Positions 54,351 through 64,000 of a stretch of DNA of 64,000 bases are shown piece by piece. The DNA comes from Carpediemonas membranifera BICM (lineage: Eukaryota; Protista; Fornicata): assembly GCA_019828565.1 (NCBI GenBank), contig JAHDYR010000035.1:1-64000 (forward strand), read 5' to 3'. Numbering within the stretch: position 1 is the first letter of the stretch; each line of letters starts with the position of its first letter. The position numbers were made by a program, and so were the translations under genes. Under the pieces are notes generated by a model, which was not told the DNA's origin, did not search any database, and saw only the letters and a program-made list of their open reading frames with translations.

Positions 54351-57300
54351 TTACAGACCGTCACGCTTGGCTTGGTCAGACTTCAAATATGTATCGAGGG
54401 CTTCCAAATCTTTGACGTGCGAATAAGGTTCGAATGAAGCCTCTGAATCCTCGAATCCGACCCAGTGTACGAGGTACTCGCGCCTTGACTTGGGGCCCGA
54501 GCCTCTAGAGCGTGAGATGCGCTCGACATGCCACTCATCGACGGAAGCGGCTGCGAGGTCATAGATCTGTTGCTCCGAGAGCTTGCCTGGGTCAAATCTT
54601 CGCACACGTGCCGCGTCTACCTTGATAGTTGGACCGTCCGCTGACTGACTGAGGTCTTGGACCTCATATGCGACGACAACACCATCACGTTTGACGGCTG
54701 CGACACGCCTCATGGGGCCGCGCCAGCCCGGGGCTAGCTTGCTCGGTGGTCTTGGGTAGTATTTGACCAGCACGAAACGGCTCAATATCTCGCTTCTCGA
54801 TGAGGTTGCCTTTGCGAGAGCGTCTTCGCGCATGGCTCTAATCCTTGCTTTGGCGAGTTGGATGGCGGCATCGGCTGCGGCTAGCTTCGACTGTGGCGGA
54901 CCAGCCGAGGCGGCATCCGTGATATAGATCGATGACGGTATTGATAAGTTGGCGCCAAACATGATCTCGGCCGGAGTCAACCGGGTCGGGATCCTGGGCA
55001 TTGAGTTGACCAAGAATTGGGCGACTGGTAGGTGTGCTACCCAATCGTTATTCCTTAACTCCAGCTTCCTGGCTCTGAGGATGCGTTCGACCTCCTTGTT
55101 CGCGCGTTCGACGACACCGTTGCTCTGGGGATGGTATGCTGTCGTTATGTGGACGTCGAACCCCATCTCTTCGGAGAGGCGTTTGAACAGAGCGTTTTTG
55201 AACTCTGAGCCCCCATCCGATTGGACGACTTCGGGGCATCCGTATCGTAGAATCCAGGTGTTGACCAATGCGTTGGCTGCGTCTTTGGCTGAGGTGCTGT
55301 TGACCGGGACTAGCTCTGTCCAGCGGGAGCACATGTCGATCATTACTGTCACGTAGGACAGGCCGTTGACCGTCGGTAGCGGACCCATGGTGTCAATGGC
55401 CACACGCCGGAACGGGAGGTCTACAGCTGTATGCAGGCCGTCGGGCGTATCAACAGGAGGGCGGGCCAAGACTTGGCACTCTGGACACGCGGTAATCACG
55501 TCGTCTACGACTTGACGGGAGACAGACAAACCGTCGGCCCTAAGTTGCTCGGTTGTCATCCGGCGAGACAGATGAGCTCCTGCTGTGAGATGAGCGCGGG
55601 ATACCTGATCCCTCGACGCCTGTTGCATGGAGAATACTCTCGAGAGACCGTCGGCTCCACCGTTGTCCAGACCGGCGATGTGCTGTAGGGTGAAATCTAA
55701 ATCGGCGATCGAATCAGCCCACCGGCGGACCTTGGCGTTGGTGGACCGGTACATATAGAGTAGGTTCCGGTGATCCGTGAGAATAGTAAAGCTCTCCCAG
55801 CACAGGAACTTGCGCCATCGTTGTAACGCTGCCACGATAGCGTAGGCTTCTTTCTCACCGGTACACCAGCGTGACTGGACGTCGTTGAACGCACGCGACA
55901 TATAGCAAACTGGTCGGCCCTCTTGGAGTAAGACTGCTCCGTACCCGACATCGGATGCGTCAGTCATGACGGTGTGAGGCTTAGTCGCGTCGAACATGGC
56001 TAGAGCGTCGGCCGAACATAAAGCTTGTTTCAGATCGTCCAGCGACTTCTGAAGAACGTCTCGAGGGGGTCTGCCGACCGGACATGGCGTCTAGCAGAGG
56101 CTTAGCTCGGACCGCGAAGTTGGGTATGTAATCGCGGAAATAGTTGAGGAATCCGTTGAGACCCTGCATGCCCTTCGTGGATGAAGACAGCTTGAGGTTC
56201 GCGATATCTTCGGTCCGCTGGGGTGAGATCTTCACGCTGCCTTGGGATATGATCCACCCGAGGAACTCGACCTCTTGCCGACCGAACTGGCACTTATCTC
56301 GGCCGAGCTGAAGGTTAAGCTTGTCAACGCGTTGCATGACTTTTTCGAGGTTTCCCAGGTACTCGTCCTCATCCGCACCCATGACGATGATGTCATCAAT
56401 GTATATGACACAGGCGGAGCCCACCAGACCCTTGAACCCGTCTTCCATCGCCCTCTGGAAGTACGCTCCGGCGTTACGTAAGCCGAAGGGCATCCGTGTA
56501 TATTGGTATTGACCAAAAACAGTACGGAAGGCGGTTAGGTGACGGCACCGTTCAGTAAGAGGGATCTGATGGTATCCTGCTGACAAGTCTAGGGTAGCGA
56601 ACACAGACTTTCCGGACAGTTGAGTGAGAACTTCGTCTATGCGAGGGATGGGGTAGTCGAATGGTTCCGTTAGTTGATTGATCTCGCGGAAGTCGACGAC
56701 AAAACGCGTCTTTCCCCCCTTCTTTGGAACTATGATGGTAGGGCTCGCGTATTGAGACTGGCATGCCTCGATGTAGCGCTTTGCCAGGAGCGTATTAATG
56801 TGCTCTTGAATGATCGGGACTTTCGGCGGGGGAACATAGTACGGCCGAATGTGTACGACTCTGTCGCCCTTGAGGACCAAATCATACGGTTCGAGCCGGC
56901 TTGGCTCGGTACGGTCCACGAATGTCCGGGCGTAACGCTTGAGGATGTCGGCCTGCCTCTGAGAAAAGGAAGAGGACATGGCTCTGGCTTGCGCGACGTA
57001 CTTCTCGAATGTAGGTGGTTCGTCGCTGGCTGCGAGCTCGCTGGTAGGCTCAGACAACGAAGGGAGAAGGCCGATCTCCACCATCTGAGGGTAACCCAGG
57101 CATACATCGAAAGCGGTCGACAGGACGTAGGCCTTAATAGTGATAGAGCATCCGCGCGGAGTGAATGGCGAGGGCGCTAAGACGAGGCGGAAGGATACCT
57201 GACCATCGGCCTCTCTGACGCCGCCCACTGTCTCGATAAGTGTCTTCTCGTGTGAGATCCACTTCACTGCCTTGCCGTGGCAGAGCTTGGGGTCAATGGT

Positions 57301-58287
57301 TGCGCAGTCAGCGCCCGAGTCGAACAGGACGGACACGACTTGCTTAAGAATGCTAGCCTTGACGGAGGGGAGGACACTCTGACGGGAACCGAGAGAAAAC
57401 ACACAACGAGCTGAATTTACCTCAGAACGGCAGAATTCAGCTCGGTGGCCCGGCTTCTGGCACTTGGAACAGGTTGTCTTCGGAGCAGGGCATCGGCGAG
57501 CGGAGTGACCGACCTTACCGCAGTTGAAGCACACGAATGGCTTCTTCTCGTGCTTGGGCTTGTCGATCGGCTTGCCTTTGAGGGGGCTACGTTCGTGCGG
57601 TCAGGCTCGCGTCGATGAGGGTTCTTCGGACCGCTCCCCGTGTGCCGTGTATGGGAGGGCGTGGTGTTGGTACGCTGTGAGTCGGAGACCCCCGCAGCGC
57701 CGAAGGAAGCGATCATCTCCTTGGACTCCTTGAGGTCGCGTGACATGACGAGGACATCAGCCATTGCGTCCTTGAGATCCTTGGCGCTCCGTTGATTCTC
57801 TGACTCGATACATGATGCGACTGTTGTTGGGGAACTTGAAGCAGAGGCTGTACGTCTCCTTCAAGACGTCCTCGGGATCTTCGGGTTGAACGAGCTTCAA
57901 GAGCAGATTGAATCGGCGGTTCACTCGAGCAACCTCATCAGGCTCGAAGGACTTGGCGGGGACTCGGAAGAGCTGTAGACGCATGCTCGGGCGAGAAGGT
58001 CGAAGGGCAGCACCGAGGCGCTTGAGGACTCGTTCATCTTGGGCTGCGACACGAAGTTTCTTACGGAGCTTCGCGGAGAGCAGGAGAGGAGTGTCTTCAA
58101 CCTCTTCGTCGTCGTTAAGGCCTGCTAGCTCTGCTATGCTAGGCTCGATGAGGTCAATAACATCATCGCGGCCGCCTAAGGCGCGATGATCGTGGAGGTT
58201 ATCCGCAAAGTCCAAAAGAGCGTCCATGGAGGACTTCTTCAGGAGAGGCGGATTCTTCTTCAGGCTTCTGTAAGTTTCCGTACCCAT
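54351..58287 (-). CDS. Element E Gag-Pol with chromodomain (frameshifted)
   Basis: Two CCHC knuckles, LFDSGA, YIDD, TDAS, integrase, YLVHWVGFEDSEASFEP. Confidence 0.92.
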
Positions 58288-58774
58288 ATGTTTTGGTAGT
58301 ACTAGTACTGTGGTTCAATGGGTGTTGAACTTTTACTGAGGAGAAGACTCGACACAAGGGTGTCGAGGAGAAACTCCTTGACTATTAAATATAACGTAAA
58401 TCTGTGTAACTTTGGGTAGGACCCACAACACCTGGGGGAATGCGTTGGCGTAGTACCGGCTATGATCAACGTGCGTGGGCGGAGTTCTCGTCGGAACGAA
58501 AAGTTGCCGTCAGCAACTTGATGTCGCCGATCACGCTGGAACTTGTGGAATAGGCATCATATCTATAAAGGAGATCAATCCTTGTGTATCTGCCTATATG
58601 CAGCAACGGGGCGGTTGTATCAACCAAAAGTTGGTGGGATAAAGGAAAGCTCAGCGTGATGAGAATGATACGGTAAGTCTGTGAAGATTCTGCCGTAACT
58701 CTGAAGATAACTGGCTTGTCGGCGTGGAATGAAGCAGTTTGGGAGAAATGCCTCTCGAGGCCTTTGTGTGCAGC

Positions 58775-61700
58775 TTAGTGCCGAGGGCGCTGCGACTTGC
58801 TCCGCCCCCATGCCCGGCGGGCACGCGCTAGGAGGGGTATGACCTCTGGATGTGACCCGACATAACGGTCGAGGGCTTCAAGCTGATCTAGCTCTCGGGA
58901 GAAGGGCTCATCTGTGGACTCTTCCGGCTCGTAGTTGAGCCATTTGATGGTGAGAAACAGACGATTATCGTTGTCTAAGTGATGGTCAACGATGGCTTCA
59001 ACTAGGTATTCGCCGGTCTGCCGCGTGGCGTACTCCGTGACTTCATCTCGTGTGAGCTTGGTGTAGAATGGCGTCAGGCGGTCCGCGTGGACGGTGAAGG
59101 TGGCTAGGGACACCAAGTCTTGTAGTTCATACGTATTACGGATAGTTCCCGCCCCCACAACCAGCAATGGGCCTCTCACACGGCGATCGAGCTTGGAAGG
59201 CTTGCTGGTTGGCCATAAGAGGACATAGTCGTCGGCTTGGAAGCTCTGACCACTCTTCGGACGTCTTTCTTGCTGGGCTACGAGCATTTCCTCCTGTATT
59301 TGCGCCCAATTGTTGATGTCGGCGCGGAATGGTTCAATCTGCGCGGCAATGTGCGGCTCACTAGCGAGCGTTGTAGGATCCACCGGTGTGAAGTTCGCGT
59401 TAAACAAAAGCTTCAGTGGGGACAATTTGCTGCGAGTGTTGGGTGTCGCGTTGAGGATATAGGTGACGGCCGGGATTAGGCTGGGCCACTCCGTCTTGTC
59501 TTGCCGGTTGTCGAAAAGCAGTGACCTCATATACTTAATGATCTCCGCGTTCTGGCGTTCCACTATGCCGTTGGCGGCTGGGTGGTAGGGCGGGGAGAAG
59601 CGGTGGGATAAGTCGAGACGTTCGTGGAGCTCGGCGATGGCCTGGGCTGTGAATTGAGTGGCGTTATCGGACTGTATCTCCTTAGGTCTGCCGAAATTGG
59701 CGGACCAATCGCGGATGGCAGCGGCAGCGGCGCTCGCCGAGCAAGTCACTGTGGGGTAAAGCTTAGTATACTTGCTGAAAGTGTCCACAAGGACTAGGAG
59801 ATATCTCTCGCCGGTGTCGGCAACAGGGAGAGGGCCGAGCGTGTCTATCTGAATCCGCTCGAATGGAGCACTGGCGGCGGTGCGTCCCATGGATGTCTGT
59901 GCGGGCTTCGTAGGCCTTGTCAGCTGGCAGGTAGGGCAGGTGGAGATGACACGTCGAGTGTCGGCTACCATGCCTTTCCAAGTGTGGCCTGCCTCTCGGA
60001 GGTGCTCTACAACGGCCCTATATCCGACATGGCCTCCACGTCGGCCGTGGAAATGCATAATTAGCTCCTCCCGTTCGGAGGGAAGTAGCGTGACAGATAG
60101 AAGGCGACTAAGTGCGTCGGCGGCGCCGTTGTCGGCGCCGGCCACATGCACAATGTCGAAGTCGTATGTCTGAAGCTGCAGGCGCCACCTCTGGACCTTG
60201 GGTGCTGTGGCGGTGGCCATAAAGACCAGATTACGGTGGTCGGTATGCAGTGTGAAGTGGCGACCCCTGAGAAAGTGTTGTGCCTGAGCAATCGCTGATA
60301 TAATAGCGAAACCTTCTTGTTCATAGGTAGACCACCTACGTTGGACGGGGGTCAGAGTCTTGGAAAAATAGGAGACGACTTTCATCTCCGAGCCGGTCCC
60401 GGTAGTGAGCACCGCACCTATGCCTATGTCGCTGGCATCAGTAAACAGGTGAAGGGGCTGGTTTGGTTTCGGGTGGGCCAGGACCATGTTATCCAGGAGG
60501 GTCTCCTTGATCCGCTCGAGGGCTTGCTGTTGGGGGGCCTCCCAGCGCCACGCGACGCCGGATCGCGTTAGTGCTAGGATCGGCTCAGCTGTCACAGCGA
60601 AGCTCGGTATCATCGGGCGGAAATAGTTGACGAGACCTAAGAGGCTGCGTACCTCAGAGATGTTTGAGGGGCCTTGAGCGTGCGGATGGGTTCGAGACGA
60701 TCGGTCGAGATGGATTTCCCTTCCGCGGAGACATGCCATCCGAGATAGTCGATGCTTCGGGCTGCGAGGATGGTCTTCTTGGCGTTGATCCGAAGGTTGG
60801 CGGCGTCGAGCCGTTCTAACACATCCCTCAGATTGCTGATGAACTCATCTTGGTCGTTACCGAAGACAACGATGTCATCAATGTAGACCAGCGCTCTTAT
60901 GTAGAGAGCGGGACCCAGGGCTTCCTCTAGGCATCTCTGGCAATGTATTGCGGCGTTCCGGAGGCCGAAAGGCATCCGTAAGTACTCGTATTTCTTCCCG
61001 GCAGCAACAAATGCAGTAATGGTTCTTGCTGTATCAGTGAGTGGGATTTGAAGGAAGGCCTTGGACAAGTCTATTGCAGCGAAAAACTGCTTTCCTTCCA
61101 GGGTTCCCACGAGGTCATCAATGATAGGCAGGGGGTGCTCGTCAGGTCGGGTAATCTCGTTGACCCGGCGGAAGTCAAGGCACAGTCTTATTGTCCCGTC
61201 ACACTTGGTGACGGCAACGATTGGGGAGTTGAACTGCGACTCTGAGGGTTGAATGATTCCAGTTGCCTCCTGCTCCTCAGTCTGCCGGCGAATTTCTTCG
61301 AGGACAGCGGCTGAGTAGCGGTATGGTGGGCAGTTGGTGGTCATTCCTTCCTCGAGGACAATGTCGAAGGGTGTGACCTTGGCTGGCGTGGCTGTCAGAC
61401 CGCCGAACAGCTCAGGAAAGCGCCTTTGAAGGGCCTCGACTTCTGAAGCTAGCTCGGGCACCAGGCACTGGGGCTCCTGGTTATCGTCGGTCTCTATGAC
61501 GTTGAGGTCCACGTCCACCTCGCTGTCAGTGTCAGAAACGTCTGGTTCGCCCATATCAAAGCGAACGACGCCTAGCTCGTTAAGAAGTGGATAGCCAAGT
61601 ACAAGTGGATGGGATAGCTGATCCAAAACTAGGAGGGGGCCAACGCCGTGAGTTGGCGCCCCGATGTCTACAAACTCCAAGGTCGAGCTCCAGTATGGCT

Positions 61701-62150
61701 TCCTGAGCGGCTTTCATTATTTCGCCACTGCCAAACTGGACCTTGCGAGTCGTGGGCCGTACCGAGATTGGTTTGAGCTGCTCCAGGAGCTCGCGGCTAA
61801 TAAAATTCGCTGTGGCGCCTGTGTCAAATAGCGCGCGGACACAGGGCATCCCTGGGGTCGACACCGAGAATACGGCCTGCGGTGTCACTCTCTCTGGACC
61901 AGGCAAGGGATCTATCGTCAACAGCTCAAAATAGGATGCCCGTTTATTACGGGGCTTCTTGTCACGCTTAGCGAAACAGTGGTCTATGTCATGGCCGACC
62001 TTGCCGCAGAAGGAACACGTAGGGCGCGGAGCCGCGGAGTGGGCGTTGGGGCCCGGGCGTTCAGCGGCGCGTAGGCGGTCCCCCTCGCGGGTGACCTGTT
62101 CCACGTGCCGAGCCTGCTCTATGGCGGCGCGGAAAGTGGCGTTGTGCCAT
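58775..62150 (-). CDS. Element F Gag (C-terminal part)-Pol with chromodomain (frameshifted)
   Basis: CSFCGKVGHDIDHC, FDTGA, YIDD, TDAS, integrase, EYLVEAIVDH..IKWLNY. Confidence 0.92.
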
Positions 62151-64000
62151 TGTTGGCTTGCGCAGGTAGATCTGTTTACATAAACTGCACTGGCTCTCAC
62201 TTCCCTCCTCAAGGCGAAGCTAGCCAGCTAACGGCGGCCATTGCCCCGGAACTTCCGCTTGTAACGTGCGAAGAGGGGCGTGAGACCTGGGTTGAGGCGT
62301 AGGTAGTCATCCAGGGCGGCGAGGCGGTCGTAATATGCGTTATACGGAATGTACGAGTCCTCGGAGTCTTCTAGGCCTTCCCAGTGGACGAGGAGCTCGA
62401 GGCGTCGGTTGCGCTCGCGGTGGCCGACGATGGCGGAGACTTGTTGTTCGTCTTGTTCGTATGCGGCGATGCGCTCGAGTGTCTTGAGGTCTGCTGTGCC
62501 TGGGTCGAAGCGAATGAGGCGGTCCTGGTGGACGAGCAGCTCGGACTTGGTGACGAGGTCACGGAGGACGAATGTGTTGGGGCTCTTCCCTTCCCTGAGG
62601 AGTTGTAGCGGGCCGCGGACTGGAGGCAGAATCTTGGATGGGGCCTTGTGAGGATATCTCAGGAGCACTAGGCGTTCGAGTTTCCAGTCGAAGTTGTCCG
62701 CCGGTTGGGTTTGTGCGGCCTTGTGACGCTCGTATGCGGCGATCTTCGCGCGGGCTGCGTCGTGCATGGCCTGTATGTCGGTGTGGAATGCGTTAATGGC
62801 CTGGATGGTAGGTGTGTCTTGCGTCGCCTTGGCGGCGCTGATGATGCGTGACTCCGGGAGGGCCGTGAGCGCGGACGTGTGTCCGAAAAGCAGCTCGAAC
62901 GGCGTGAAGCCGGTAGTCGAGTGTGTCGAAGTGTTGATAATGTGTTGCACGATTGGGATAAGTGCGGGCCAGTCGGTCGTTTCTGAGTCTAGTAGCAGGG
63001 CGCGCAGTCTGCGCATGATGGTCCCATTGACTCTCTCGACAACGCCGTTACTCTGTGGGTGGTACGCCGTGGAGAACCTGTGGTTCAGGCTGATCTTCTT
63101 GTTGAGAGCGGCGATGGTTGAGTTCTTGAACTGACTTCCCTGGTCTGTCTGGATCAGGCTGGGTGCGCCGAAGAGCGACCACACCTGGAGCATCGCGTCG
63201 GCGGCTTCTTCTGCCGAGGTTGACGCAACCGGCTTGAGCACAGTGAACTTGCTGAAGACGTCGATGAACACGATCACGTGAGCGAGGCCATTCGTCTTTG
63301 GAAGCGGGCCGAGCGTGTCTATCTGCACCGCCTCGAATGGGCGGGTCTTCTGGGTCGTATGCCACTGGGCCTTGGCGATGGGGTGGGATTTGAGCTTCTG
63401 GCAGACTGGGCAAGTCGCGACGTGCTCCGCGACGTCTGAGTTCATGGAAGACCAGGTCTTGCCGGCTTCCTTGAGATGGGCGATCGTTTGTTTGATCGAA
63501 GCATGGCCGTTGGCTCCAGCGTGGGCCTGCTGAATGTCGAAGCGGTGGGTGCTGCTGGCGATTTCGCTGATCGCCGCGCCGCTGGGGCGGGAGAGGGCGT
63601 CCGCGACGACGTTATTTGTCCCTGCGATATGCATGATGTCGAAGGGGTACTCGGATAGGATGAGTCTCCATCGCGTGAGCTTGCGCGTCCCTTCCTCAGC
63701 CTTGCGAATCATCCACACGATGTTCTTGTGATCTGTGAGTACGGTGAATGGCTTCAGCTTGAGAATCTGGCTAAACTCTGGCCGGGTGATGCAGTATATG
63801 ACTGCGTAGAGCTCTTGCTCGACCGTCGCCCAGCGGCGTTGGGTCTCTGTGAACGTCTTTGAGAAGTACGCGAGGGGTTTCTTCGTGTCGCCCTCGTGTT
63901 GCCACAGCACTCCGCCGGCTGCGATTGTGGACGCGTCTGTCTCAAGTGTCCACTTGCAGGTCAGGTTGGGTAGTGCCAATGCCTTGTTGTCGGTGCACAG
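62151..64000 (-). mobile_element. Gypsy element G (3' part), apparently inserted in the gag of F
   Basis: RH-INT-chromodomain ORF; PPT GAGGAGGGAAG at 62200-62210, then a TG..CA segment at 62151-62199. Confidence 0.8.
62228..64000 (-). CDS. Element G Pol (RNase H, integrase, chromodomain), partial
   Basis: ETDAS, TDHKN, CPVC, DTLGP/TDQG/VER, LLVHWEG. Confidence 0.93.
   Translation of the reverse strand: MCTDNKALALPNLTCKWTLETDASTIAAGGVLWQHEGDTKKPLAYFSKTFTETQRRWATVEQELYAVIYCITRPEFSQILKLKPFTVLTDHKNIVWMIRKAEEGTRKLTRWRLILSEYPFDIMHIAGTNNVVADALSRPSGAAISEIASSTHRFDIQQAHAGANGHASIKQTIAHLKEAGKTWSSMNSDVAEHVATCPVCQKLKSHPIAKAQWHTTQKTRPFEAVQIDTLGPLPKTNGLAHVIVFIDVFSKFTVLKPVASTSAEEAADAMLQVWSLFGAPSLIQTDQGSQFKNSTIAALNKKISLNHRFSTAYHPQSNGVVERVNGTIMRRLRALLLDSETTDWPALIPIVQHIINTSTHSTTGFTPFELLFGHTSALTALPESRIISAAKATQDTPTIQAINAFHTDIQAMHDAARAKIAAYERHKAAQTQPADNFDWKLERLVLLRYPHKAPSKILPPVRGPLQLLREGKSPNTFVLRDLVTKSELLVHQDRLIRFDPGTADLKTLERIAAYEQDEQQVSAIVGHRERNRRLELLVHWEGLEDSEDSYIPYNAYYDRLAALDDYLRLNPGLTPLFARYKRKFRGNGRR

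Larger units (their letters stand above)
41819..58430 (-). mobile_element. Gypsy element E (identical 122-bp LTRs, 4-bp TSD CCTG), hosts D
   Basis: LTRs at 41819-41940 and 58309-58430; PPT at 41941-41950; TSD at 41815-41818 and 58431-58434. Confidence 0.95.
41571..62150 (-). mobile_element. Gypsy chromovirus-like element F (hosts E in its 3' UTR; gag cut by G)
   Basis: Putative 3' LTR TGTAG..CTACA at 41571-41655 with PPT at 41656-41663; pol at 58775-62150; joined across the TSD of E. Confidence 0.75.

Overview
Eukaryotic window from a compact, gene-dense genome with very short spliceosomal introns and flagellar genes. A flagellated protist, possibly a Carpediemonas-like metamonad, is my inference only. 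A transposon-free island of about 11 host genes (20.7-37.8 kb: RasGEF, proteasome Rpt1, secreted protein, RCC1-repeat protein, CDC27-like, DRC3/LRRC48, RIB43A, AspRS, CEP83-like, an unknown protein, Spec3/Stum-like) lies between two dense retroelement nests. Left nest (1-20.4 kb): a chromodomain Ty3/Gypsy element (A) interrupted by a 7-kb non-LTR element whose polyprotein carries OTU-like, Maelstrom-like DEDD, APE and RT domains, plus three tyrosine-recombinase (DIRS-order) elements around a tRNA-Gly gene. Right nest (38.2-64 kb): a LINE fragment and a YR fragment, then a TSD-supported Russian doll of chromoviral Gypsy elements (F contains E, E contains D, D contains C; G sits in the gag of F). 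Highlights: (1) D and E each encode an antisense accessory protein ending in a second, divergent chromodomain; (2) the LINE carries a Maelstrom-like nuclease and an OTU protease; (3) four different LTR families have a 10-12 bp perfect palindrome where the tRNA primer-binding site should be; (4) duplicated PPTs bracket the sites where nested elements inserted. All domain calls are motif recognition by eye; no database searches were run.
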